DNA from: Octopus sinensis
Taxonomy: Eukaryota
Length of the DNA stretch: 64,000 nucleotides
Reading direction: 5' to 3'
NCBI RefSeq assembly: GCF_006345805.1
Contig: NC_043014.1
Span: 39,308,001-39,372,000 of the forward strand
Of this stretch, positions 24,299 through 37,600 are shown in pieces. A model generated the notes under the pieces. The model saw only the letters and a program-made list of their open reading frames with translations, was not told the origin of the DNA and did not search any database. Position numbers and translations under genes: made by a program. The first letter of the stretch is position 1. Each line of letters begins with the position of its first letter.

Positions 24299-25224
24299 TA
24301 ATGAAATGGATAAATGAATTATCTTGTTACGGATTATTCAAAATTTAACCGATACCTGTGTAGCAAAAATCACACCAGAAAGGACACGGTTGAGGTTACG
24401 ACCATGGGGTTTCGCCCCCATGCTTCAGCGCGGATAATTGAAGTTTTATATATTTAGTGAAGGGAAGAAATGGAGCTGAACGAAGATTCTACAAAATTCC
24501 TTTTTATTATTTTCTACACATGTTTCAAAGGCTGCAAATTCCCAAATTTGGATTGAATAAGGAGACCATTCTGCAGCTTTCTCTTCAGGAAAATCCAGGA
24601 ATTTAAAATCTCAAAACAAATGCGCAGCAAGCTTTTCGAACAAAACGCTCCCTAGGAGCCCATGGTAAAAATGGCACAAAACTGTCTCTCAATATGCGCT
24701 GACGTCAGAGTGGGTGAAGGCCGACGAAAAAATCCGTTGGAACAAACCACGGTCAAATCAGGTGGGGGGAAGAATCACAGAAAACCCAAAGAGTGTGAAT
24801 ATATTCTGTATAACTAGTGTTAATGTTCAAATTGTTTTAAGAATGACAGCTATCTTATTTGGGTGTGAGGAACTACCTACATGTATGTGTGTGTGTATGC
24901 GCCTATGTATGTGTGGCAGTATGTTAGGTGGCAGCTAGAGAGAAAATATACTGTATTGTAGGCATTGCTGGTCAAGCGGCTGATAAAATTCTGTGTCTGT
25001 GTGTTCATCTATGACCAGTTTATATACAGATGACTTTTGTTCGAAAAGCTTGCTGCGCATTTGTTTTGAGATTTTAAATTCCTGGATTTTCCTGAAGAGA
25101 AAGCTGCAGAATGGTCTCCTTATTCAATCAGAATTTGGGAATTTGCAGCCTTTGAAACATGTGTAGAAAATAATAAAAAGGAATTTTTAGAATCTTCGTT
25201 CGGCTCCATTTCTTCCCTTCACTA

Positions 25225-25255
<31 letters not shown>

Positions 25256-25884
25256 ATATGTATATATATATTATATATATATGTGTGTGTTTGTATATAT
25301 ATATATATTAGGGAGTATAACTCCAAACTTACAGGGAAAATTTCAGTTTAGTATTAAATCAAATTTCACAATATAAATATATAATATATATAAATTAGAA
25401 AAAACCACTATTATGCAATTCAAACAATGATAGACATAAACCAAATCATAAAGAAAAAATAAAATATATTATAAAACATATATCTAAATCACAAAAAGTA
25501 CAAAAAATGAATAAAGTATATATAAGTAATATATAATAAGTATATAATAATAATAAGTATATATAATAATATTTATATAATAATATATAATAAATGTTTC
25601 TCTAATTTATATATATATATATATGTATGTATGTATGTATGTATGCATGTATACACACACACATATATGTATGAGATTGTTTCTTGGTTTCATAGTCAAG
25701 AATTGAAACCTTAACTCAGATTTTCCTTATGAAATAATTTCCTTTCTTTTGGTGTTCGTACTTGGAAAATAATGAGGTCACCTGTCAAAACTTATCTTGG
25801 TTCCTTTGTTTGAGTTAGAATTCTATGGTCATTTGGAAGTTAAGGTAGATAAGACATATAATATATATATATGTATATTATATA

Positions 25885-25944
<60 letters not shown>

Positions 25945-26201
25945 TATATATTATATATATATATATTGATAAAACGGTAAGATAACAAAAGAAAGAAAGA
26001 GACCTCAATATTATGTAAATAGAGGAAATTTATCTATACAATAATATGTTACTTTACTCGGTAGTCAAGATAAAACTCTGAGTTTCAGATGCCGAAGTGG
26101 AAATCCACAACACCATCTCTTCGATGGTGTTGTGGATTTCCACTTCGGCATCTGAAACTCAGAGTTTTATCTTGACTACTGAGTAAAGTAACATATTATT
26201 G

Positions 26202-26234
<33 letters not shown>

Positions 26235-28776
26235 CCCTTTGTTCTCAAAAATACATTCAGTTTTTTCCATAAATATAAATAGGATCTCCAAGAGAACATC
26301 TGCAGTCTATTTTCCTTCACTTCCACTCACTAAATAGCTGTACTTTCTTGCAAGCAGCTTTTCTTAACAGACACACATCTAAGGGCATGTGAACTTCATT
26401 TCTATCGTACCACTGAACTGCTGGCTACTAGTATAACTTTGTGTACTGACCTTGCAAGCAAATAAAAACTGTAAACCATATTTTTCTTTTCCATGTTGAT
26501 TATTACACTGTTTTACAGACATTGACCAATTTAATTGTAATATAACCTGTTACACACACACACACACACAAACACACACATATATCATCATCATCATTTA
26601 ACGTCTGTTGTCCATGCTGGCATGGGTTGGATGGTTTAACCAGGGCTAACAAGCTGGAAGGCTGTAGCAGACTCCAGTCTGATTTGGCATGATTTCTATG
26701 GTTAGATGTCCTTCCTAACACCAACCACTCTGAGAGTGTAATGGCTACTTCTATGTGCCAGCGTCACGGGTGCCATTTGTGTGGACACCAGTATCTGCCA
26801 TGACTATGATGTCACTTGGCTTGATGGGTCTTCTAAACCATGAGATAATACCCAAAACTCCTGATCATTTGTCATATATAGATATATTATATATATATAT
26901 ATATTATATATATATATATATATATATTATAGATCTTTCCTTTCCTATGTTTCCGACGAAGAGCTCCGCTCAAACGTTAAAACCCTCCTTCTTCCCTTTC
27001 CTGAGCGTCCAATACTAATACTATATTGTTCCACGTCCTTGCATTGTTGTGTTTTTTGTGTTTTCTTGTTTGGATTAACTACACACACCACACAAACACA
27101 CATAATATATATATATATAATATATATATATATTATATATATAATAATACAAATAGAAAAGGAGGAACAGATTCATTTCAATCATCAACTTACAGATATT
27201 ACCAATTCATATATTTATTAACTACATAAATAGGACATCCAAATCCAACAAAATAAAACAATATACATCAATATATCCCATAGTGGGTTACACTCATAAC
27301 CCCTATCTCACTTTGTACTTTATATATTTACACACACACACACATATCAAGAACCTTGCAAACAAATACATAAATGTTCTGTCCCTCTACTTCTACTTCT
27401 CTCTCTTCTCTTCTCACATGGCCGATTGGCCAGACTGCTCGCTCTTTCTTTCTGGATCTGACCATGGTCCGTGCAACATCGATATTCCTCCCTGTGTTTG
27501 TGAAATCTTCTATCCCTGCCGTAAGGCTTCATTTCCAAATGTGCCAGCTTAATTCAATTCGTCCTTAGTCGAAAGACATCTGTTGTTATGTCCTGTTATT
27601 ATTTTTATTGTATTTATATTTGTGTAACATTGTTTGTTTTTGTATACATTCGATGCTTTCTTCCAAGGAATCTAATGGTCTTAGCTTAGTTTTTCCTTGG
27701 GGTTAGCCAGATTGGAGCAACCTCAAGAATAATCAGCCGAAATTGCGAGGATAATCTGGTTCTTGACTGAAGATAGAAAACTTCGAATGACCCGTCCTTG
27801 TTTTCTTTGTATCGTCTATCTGGATATTTTGTGTTCTTGTCCCATTTTGTATTTTATATATATATATATGTATGTGTATATCATCATCATCATCATCATC
27901 GTTTAACGTCCGCTTTCCATGCTAGCATGGGTTGGACGGTTCAACTGGGGTCTGGCAAGCCCGAAGGCTGCACCAGGCCAGTCAGATCTGGCAGTGTTTC
28001 TACAGCTGGATGCCCTTCCTAACGCCAACCACTCCGAGAGTGTAGTGGGTGATTTTATGTGCCACCGACACAGGTGCCAGACGAGGCTGGCAGATGGCCA
28101 CGCTCGGATGGTTTTTTTATGTGCCACCGACACAGGTGCCAGACGAGGCTGGCAGACGGCCACGCTCGGATGGTGTTTTCGGTGTTTTCTTATGTGCCAC
28201 CGACACAGGTGCCAGACGAGGCTGGCGAACGGCACGATCGGATGGTGTTTGTTACGTGCCCACAGCACGGAGGCCAGGCGATGCTCGGTACTGGCTACGG
28301 TCACGTTCAGATGGTTTTCTTATGTGCCACCGGCACTGGTACCACAAGGATACAAATTCCATTGATGTTCATCTATTTTGATTTGGTTGATTTGATTTGA
28401 TTTGATTTGATTTGATTTTCACTTGCCTCACAAGGTTCAACAAGTGTCACAAGCAGGAAGGTATGCACAGGTGGACTGACTACGTCCCAGGTAGGGGCCA
28501 CGGGTTATGGCTTCACTAGTCTTGCCGGGTCTTCTCACGCACAGCATACTTCCATAGGTCTCGGTCTCTAGTCATTTCCAACTGACTAGGGATTGGCACT
28601 TTCTCAACTGCTAGGGATTGGCACTTTCTCACACACCTATCTTCATCCATTCTCGCCACATGACCATACCAGTGGCAATCGTCTCTCTTGCACACCACAA
28701 CTGATGCTTCTTAGGTACAACATTTCTCTCAAGGAACTAACGCTCTGTCGAGTAAGTACACTGACATTACATATCC

Positions 28777-28829
<53 letters not shown>

Positions 28830-31800
28830 TATATATATATAATATATATATATTATTATATATATATATATATGCACACAACAGGCTTCTTTCTGTTTCC
28901 ATCTACCCATCCACTCTCAAGGTTATTGTCAGCTTGAGGATACAGTAGATGTTAGGAAGATGATTTAGTCAAGTGATTTAAGTCAAGATGGAAAAGAATG
29001 GCACAACCAAGACAGAATTGGAAGTGCATTGTGACCAGTGGTGTATAAGAGCATCTGATGGTCTGGTCCATACTGGGATACTGTGATTTATTTATTTATT
29101 TATTTATTAGAGGAGTCAGTCTTAGACCTACCTGGCAATTTCAAGCTTGACCAAACCATGTTGTTTTACTGTGTTTTGTTAAAAACCACAACTTCAATTA
29201 AATCTATCCAGAGTTGCTTTGCTTCAATATTTCCCATTGATAATGGCTAAGAGCTAGTAACACATCTGTGAAGCTGAACACATGTGTTTCTTATACCTTT
29301 TTACTATAAAAGAGAGAATTTTTTTCTTCATAGTAACTGCATTGAGTTTGCCTTTAGAAGTTGAAGTGTGTGGTGAACATATTTTACTTAACCTAAAGTT
29401 CGTTTATGTGTGTGTGTGTGTGTGATGATTTTAAACCCCACCTCTATAACAGATATGATAGTAAAATGAAAAATAATTAAACTATAAGGTTGTCCCAAAA
29501 GTTCGTAGAAAGTCTTGGAAAATAATGGTCTTTATTTTGAGGAATAATTTTTGTTGTTTTTGTTAGTACTTGGCAAGTAAAAATTCAATTTTCGCAAGTG
29601 CTTACAAACTTTTGGGACAACCTAATACTTACCATCATCTTATCAACCGATTACTTTTTAATTTTTTAGCCAAGTAGTTAAGGTTTGGAGTATGAATGAA
29701 GGAATTTTTCTAAAGTTCCCTCCTTCAATAAGAATGTTATTACGTAGGAATTATATTTTATTTAGTTATACTTCAATAACAGAAAGAAAATAAATAAATG
29801 AATAAATAAATTACTTACCAATACATATGCCATAGACAACACAATATGAAACTAGAAGAGGATAATTGGTAAATATAGGTACAAATGCTGTTGCAATGCC
29901 AGAAACTAGCAAAGACATGTAGTTAATGATGAAACAGTTTGACCATTTCTGATCGCTAACCCATCCAATGATAATGCGAAAAATTGTGTTTGATATTCCA
30001 ATGATGGATAAGAGTAATGCGGACTCACTTCTGGAAAAATTCAACCTTAGTCCCACAGATGGTAAGTATGTGTAAGGAATAAAGAAACCTGGAATGAAGA
30101 AACAAAAAGAAAAATGAAATTGCTGTCATCAATAAATTTTATGTTATGAGTATCAGGGAAAACATTGATAACACAAACAGAATTTTTAATCTTTGTTATA
30201 TCAATTTTTATCTAAACATTATAATATCTCTTTTACTCTTTTACGTGTTTCAGTCATTTGACTGCGGTCATGCTGGAGCACCGCCTTTAATCGAGCAACT
30301 CGAACCCGGGACTTATTCTTTGTAAGCCCAGTACTTATTCTATCGGTTTCTTTTGCCGAACCGCTAATATGAATAAATAAGCATCGCATTTGACAGAATA
30401 ATCTGAGTACTAAAGGGTTATGTTTTACTCTCTCTTTTACTTGTTTCAGTCATTTGACTGTGGTCATGCTGGAGCACCGCCTTTAATCGAGCAACTCGAC
30501 CCCGGGACTTATTCTTTGTAAGCCCAGTACTTATTCTATCGGTCTCTTTTGCCGAACCGCTAAGTGACGGGGACGTAAACACACCAGCATTGGTTGTCAA
30601 GCAATGCTAGGGGGACAAATACAGACACACAAACATACACACACACATATATATATACATATATACGACGGGCTTCTTTCAGTTTTCGTCTACCAAATCC
30701 ACTCACAAGGCTTTGGTCGGCCTGAGGCTATAGTAGAAGACACTTGCCCAAGGTTGCGCGCAGTGGGACTGAACCCGGAACCATGTGGTTGGTAAGCAAG
30801 CTACTTACCACACAGCCACTCCTGCGCCTATATATATATTATAATGTTTGTTTTTATGTTCAGTTATAATAGAAACAATATTAAGTTAATCTGATAGGTT
30901 ACTCTATACTTTTGTAGAGTAAAAAATTTATTATTCTTAAACAAGAATATTATTATTGACAGAAATTCAAAATTTTCACCAGCAGTGTGTGTGTGTATGT
31001 CTGTGTGTGTGTGCGTGTGTGTGTATGTGTTTGTGTGTATGCATGCACGCATGTAAGTAGGAATACAGCTGCCTTAACCCTTTTGTTACCATATTTCTGT
31101 TGAGATGCTCTGTGTTTCTTTCAATTAATTTTAAATATAACAAAGAATTTAGTAAAATAACTTAGTTATCATTAAGCTAGTGTTAGGAACATTAATTGTG
31201 ATGAAGGTTTGGTAGAAGATTTTAATTCAGAACTTATGAAAACAAGACTTCTGTACTACAGAGGCAGGGCCGGTTTTGGCCGGGTTGGTAACGAAAGGGT
31301 TAAAGACAGTGATCAACGAAGGCCCTGACTTTAGTTAGGAAATTAATTGGGTTTTATATGTCTGCAGATAGCTGATGAGATCGGTTCTAGCATGGAAGTA
31401 ATGACCATGTTTAGAGTACATTTTGTCTGTAGCTTTATTTGAGACTAGCAGTATCGCCCGGCGTTGCTCGGGTTTGTAAGGGAAATAACTATATAAGCAT
31501 TTTTAGAGAGTTATAGCCAAAAAATAGCAAAAAAATGCATTAAAAATAGAAAAAAAATGATGGTAAATTTTTTTAAAATCGTTGACTCATCGTAGACATT
31601 TTTAGAGAGTTATTTCCCTTATATAATAGCGAAAAAATGCATTAAAATGGAAAAAAATGATGGCAAATTTTTTTTTAAATCGTAGACTCATCGTAGACAC
31701 ACACTAATACCCAGAAGGGCTCGATATGAATCACGACTATAAAATACCCGGTTTTGGTTAAACTGCACCGCAAAATGTGGGAGTAGTTAGGAATCTAAAT

Positions 31801-32472
31801 CGTAGGAGACAGACACACAACTTCACTTTTATATATAAAGATGTCAGCCAACATATATATCTGTGAGCTCAGATTTGATTTCTGTTGCCAGAACATATCT
31901 TTAGTCGAACAATGTGAGAATTTTGTGCTTTGCTGCTGAGAACACACTGTAAGAGTCTGTTACAAGTAAGCTGCACCCAAGATACTCTGGTCTATGATCA
32001 CAGCTTTCAATGTTACATTAAGTTATCCTCATAGCACATTCTCTATTTCCTGACTATTCTGTTTCCTGTAGGAAGCTCGTCATAGAGGAGCTGCTATGAT
32101 ATACTCTTTTACTCTTTTACTTGTTTCAGTCATTTGACTGTGGCCATGCTGGAGCACCGCCTTTGGTCGAGCAAATCGACCCCAGGACTTATTCCTTGTA
32201 AGCCTAGTACTTATTCTATCGGTCTCTTTTGCCGAACCGCTAAGTTATGGGGATGTAAACACACCAGCATCTTGTTTCAGTCATTTGACTGTGGCCATGC
32301 TGGAGCACCGCCTTTAGTCGAGCAAATCGACCCCAGGACTTATTCTTTGTAAGCCTAGTACTTATTCTATCAGTTTCTTTTGCCGAACTGCTAAGTTACG
32401 GGGATGTAAACACATCAGCATCGGTTGTCAAGCGATGTTGGGGGGACAAACACAGACACACAAACACACACA

Positions 32473-32510
<38 letters not shown>

Positions 32511-32881
32511 CTGGTTAGTGGAAGTGAGAGGTGAAGGGAAAGAGAAAGAGAAATGTTAAAGGGAAATTACAAGGTTTGTTGAAGAAATAGGTAGGTAGAG
32601 ATAGAGAGAGAGAGTGTATGTATGTGTGAGAGGGAGAGACAGTGTGTGTGTGTGTGTGTGTGTGAAAGAGAGAGAGTGTGTGTGCATGTGAGAAAGAGAG
32701 AATGTGTGTGTGTGCATGTGAGAAAGAGAGAATGTGTGTGTGTGTGAGAGGGAGAGAGAGTGTGTCTGTGTGCGTGTGTGAGAGAGAGAGTGTGTGTGCA
32801 TGTGTGTGTGTGTGAGAGAGAAAGTGTGTGCATGTGAGAAAGAGAGAATGTATGTGTGTGTGTGTGTGAGAGAGAGAGAGA

Positions 32882-32936
<55 letters not shown>

Positions 32937-34435
32937 TTTAGCAGGGGGAAATTTCAAAATCACATATCATATTTTGTGAATGGAATTGAATGGACTTGGA
33001 TGTTATCTATTTTATTTACAATGGAATTGAAACTAATCATGTAAACAAAAACATTCTGTATATTGTTTTGTGTAGATTAACAGTATATAACATAAAGCAA
33101 TTATGATAAAATATTGTATAATAAAGCATTTACAATCATACATTGATTTTGCAGTTTCAGCAGAATTAAATACTAATGAATCATCATCATCATCATCATC
33201 AGTGGAGGTGCAATGGCCCAGTGGTTAGGGCAGCGGACTCGCGGTCGTAGGATCGCGGTTTCGATTCCTAGACTGGGCGTTGTGAGTGTTTATTGAGCGA
33301 AAACACCTAAAGCTCCACGAGGCTCCAGCAGGGGATGGTGGTGAACCCTGCTGTACTCTTTCACCACAACTTTCTCTCACTCTTACTTCCTGTTTCTGTT
33401 GTACCTGTATTTCAAAGGGCCGGCCTTGTCACTCTCTGTGTCACGCTGAATATCCCCGAGAACTACGTTAAGGGTACACGTGTCTGTGGAGTGCTCAGCC
33501 ACTTACACGTTAATTTCACGAGCAGGCTGTTCCGTTGGTTGGATCAACCGGAACCCTCATCGTCGTAACCAACGGAGTGCTTCCATCCATCATCATCATC
33601 GTTTAACGTCTATTTTCCATGCTAGCATGGGTTGGATGGTTCGACCAGAATCTGGGAAGCCAGAAGGCTGCACCAGGCTCCAGTCTGATCTGGCAGTGTT
33701 TCTACAGCTTGATGCCCTTCCTAACACCAACTACTCCGTGAGTGTAGTGGGTGCTGTTTACATGCCACTGGCACAGGTGCCAGGTGAGGCTGGCAACGGC
33801 CACGATCGGTTAGTCCTTTTCATGTGCCACCGGCACGGAAGCCAGTCAAGGCAGCGCTGGCCTCGGCCACGTTCGGATGGTGCTTTTTACATGCCATCAG
33901 AACAGGGATCACAACTACAATTTCTATTAATTTTTGATGTTGATGTACTTGACTCAGTAGGTCTCCTCAAGCACAGGGTCGAAACGGAATGATATGTGTA
34001 TTAAACATTGCTTACTTTGTTATTGTATATTTTTCTGTAATTTATTTCACAGGCAACAATAAGATTATAGAAATAAAAAATGCAAATCATCCTTGTAAAT
34101 AAGATTATATAAGTTAAAAATGCAAATCATCCTATTTCTAAAATAGCTCCTCTTAATTTCTTCCCATTCCATGGAATTTCCATGGTCCAGCTAGTGAACA
34201 AATAGTTTTTTAGCAAGTCACTCATGATGTAGTAACATCAGAATATTTTATATTGCTGGGTTTATTAGTACTTAGAGTATATTATTTACATTATTTACAT
34301 TCAACGGATATTTGTCCTCATCTTTGTTGGTAACACAACGTTTCGGCTGATATACCCTCCAGCCTTCATCAGGTGTCTTGGGGAAATTTTGAAGATATTT
34401 TTTGATGTTATTATTATATATTATTATTATTATTA

Positions 34436-34472
<37 letters not shown>

Positions 34473-34537
34473 GTTGTTGTTGTTCTTATTATTATTATTA
34501 TTATTGTTGTTGTTGTTGTTGTTGTTATTGTTATTGT

Positions 34538-34626
<89 letters not shown>

Positions 34627-37600
34627 TTATTATTATTCAGGTCACTTTAATTATTTTAACTTTTTCCCTTTTATCTTGTTTCAATCCAGTTCAGCTAAGC
34701 TTGAGCACTGCCTTGATGTGGTTTAGTCAAACAAATCAACCCCAGGACTTATGTTTTTTTAAAGCCTAGTACTTATTCTATTGGTTTCTTTTGCTGAACT
34801 GCTAAGTTACAGGGACAGAATCATGCCAAGACAGGTTGTCAAGAAATGATAGGTGGACATACATACATACTATATATATATATATCTTTCAATATATATA
34901 TATATATATATATTTTTCAAATCCACTCATAAGGCTTTAGTCAGCCTGAGGTTATAGTAGAAGATGTTTGCCCAAGGTGCCACACAGTGGAGCTGAACCT
35001 GGAATCATGTGGTTGGGAAGAAACCTTCTTACCACACAGCCACACCTGCACCTAATTTAAGTAAATTTAAAATTTGTTTAATTTAGAGTTTGTTGCTCAA
35101 GGTGACCATCACTGGTTCAGAAAAATCAGTAATCTAGAAGGGTTTCGGAACCAAAGGTCCTAGAAATTTGATATAGTACTTATACTGGTGCTTTTTATGC
35201 TATTTGTACAAGAGACAAAAATAGCAAAGTCAACACTGATAAGATTTGAGGTAGGATTTCCTTACTCTTATTGATTAATTTAAGATAAAGTATTGGTGAT
35301 TTTTGCATTGCTAATACATTTTTCTTTCTCGTGTGTTCTTCCTGGGTCAAATATATTTAAAGTAAAATTTGTCTTTTGACTTGATACATAGCTAGTACAG
35401 CCCAGCTGTTTAGCATTGAGATGTCACACACAAAATTCTGAAATAAATTCATTTACTCTCTAGCACAGTGGTTTTCAACCAGGGTTCCGTGGAACCTTAT
35501 GGTTCCGCCAGTACAGTCCAGGGGTTCCGCAAGAAGTTACAAAACTGCTAAAATCGGCAGTAATTTTAAATTTTCCTGTGCAGATATGTGTGCATAAGAC
35601 TATTAAATTATTGCACAGGGGTTCCCCGAGCCAGTGGAATGTTTCCTTGGGGTTCCGCTCCAGCAAAAAGTTTGAAAAGCACTGCTCTAGCATATTGCAT
35701 TTTCTCTAGAATCTTTTCCCCTGCCACTGCCCTGTAACTATAGGGGAGAAAACTCATATGGTGACATGATGCACCTACAGTGTGCTAAAGATTACTAAGA
35801 TATATTTGCAAAATTTATTTGAGTTTAAGTTACACAATTTTATCATGATTTTAACATGATTTTAACTGAAAAGCTGGAGTGAAATTTGTACAGGGGGCAA
35901 AGCTGAAAACTATAAAGGAGAAAACTTTTGTATCAAAATTTAACACTAAATAAGGGGTGCAACTTATACATGAATAGATATGGTAATTGTTTGTAATTTT
36001 ATGCTAATTGTAGCAAAGTTCACAGCAAATCCTGCTTGCTATATATTGTTTATATTACTCTTTTGCTTGTTTCAGTCATTTGACTGTGGCCATGCTGGAG
36101 CACCACCTTTAGTCGAGCAAATCGACCCCAGGACTTATTCTTTGTAAGCCTAGTACTTATTCTATCAGTCTCTTTTGCCAAACTGCTAAGTTACGGGGAT
36201 GTAAACACACCAGCATCGGTTGTCAAGCGATGTTGGGGGGACAAAAACACACACACACACACACATACATTCATATATATGACGGGCTTCTTTTCAGTTT
36301 CCGTCTACCAAATCCACTCACAAGGCTTTGGTCAGCCTAAGGCTATAGTAGAAGACACTTGCCCAAGGTGCCACGCAGTGAGACTGAACCCAGAACCATG
36401 TGGTTGGTAAGCAAGCTACTTACCACACAGCCACTCCTGCATTTATACTGTTAAGAAATATAATTATTTCTGTCCATCTTTTATACAATTCTAAACGTTC
36501 CTGAGTAAAACAAAACATTATCTTAATTAAAGAAAAATCACTTGAAGCACTTACCTAGCATAAGAAGAAAACACGCAAAACTATACAGAAAAAAAGTTGG
36601 TTTCAACTCCTTGTATTTCTTAAAAGCTTTTCCAATCTTTTCCATCCAACTTTTTTTATTACCATCTTCATTTGAAGGAATCACAACCATGCTTGATATG
36701 AATTCATCCATATTTGCTGATTCCATCTTTTCAGAGAGACGTAAAAGACTGCCACTGTAGAGGACATCTTTACGGTAAAATGGCGACACTGTAGGTCTTA
36801 CTGGAGTTTTTGAAGTTAAATGTGTTGGCAAGATATCATGGCTAGCAGCCATTCGGGCAATCTTAGATTGTTCTTGGTTGTTACTTACATTAGGAACACC
36901 AGGAAGAAAAGTTCTTCCAGTACCAGTAATATCTAGTGATCTATGTCTTCTCGAAATTGCATGGTAATTTTCTTGTTCTATGTCATGTATCCTTTTAAAT
37001 TTCATTCGAAGGTTCGACTGTTTGTGTTTATCATCTTGTCTTATAATAGGATCTTTAATTTCATTGTCAGTAGCTTGGCAAGGTATTGAAGGGAGATCTT
37101 TGTCTTTAGGAGGTTTTAATGGACGGTAGAAGCTTCCGAATATTATTCCGTTTAACATGAGAGCTGATGTGATCATCATTGAACCTCGCCAGCCATATTC
37201 CTTCAACAAGAGCTCAGCAATGGGAGCAAATACAAAGTTACCAATTCCAGATCCGCAGACTGCAATACCTGTTGCTAATGCTCTTCTCTTATCAAAATAG
37301 TAACCAACCATGACAATTGCAGGCAAGTACATGAATCCAAGACCAATTCCTGAAATGAATCAGAATAATTTTATATCAACAACTGCTATGAAATTGTAGG
37401 AAGACATAACATTTACTCCTTTCAACAAAGTCTGGGTTTGGGACCCCCTTCAGTCACGGCACTGACCATGGGATTGCACCTAGAAAGTTACCCTCCTAGT
37501 CACAAGTCTGGGCATGGTGGTTTTATGGAAGACCAGCAGTCGCCCATGCATACCGGCCTCCCCTCTCCATGCCACCAGTGTTATCCAAGGGAAAGGCAAA

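Larger units (their letters stand above)
24454..25225. repeat. long inverted repeat (~192 bp arms, ~390 bp spacer), pLTR-like
   Basis: 24454-24645 vs 25035-25225, only a few mismatches; each arm holds a hammerhead motif. Confidence 0.9.
23778..26417 (+). repeat. 188 bp direct duplication (23778-23965 and 26231-26417)
   Basis: ATATCCCTTTGTTC...GTACCACTGAA twice, about 10 differences. Confidence 0.9.

Noticed and set aside
24390-24432. CTGAAG...GAAA...GTC on the minus strand as a hammerhead
   Set aside because: GAAA falls in the loop of the CATGGGG/CCCCATG hairpin and A9 is missing; wrong topology.
28040-28330. Regular ~60 bp repeats that resemble a CRISPR array (also 15480-15850 and 22310-22520)
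   Set aside because: No unique spacers, eukaryotic context, and the units belong to the RTE 3' UTR repeat family.
33201-33280. tRNA-like sequences with A and B boxes (also other SINE heads)
   Set aside because: They continue into multi-copy SINE bodies and lack a full cloverleaf; not tRNA genes.
34389-34769. Poly-Ile/Val/Thr and poly-Leu ORFs
   Set aside because: Compound trinucleotide microsatellite.
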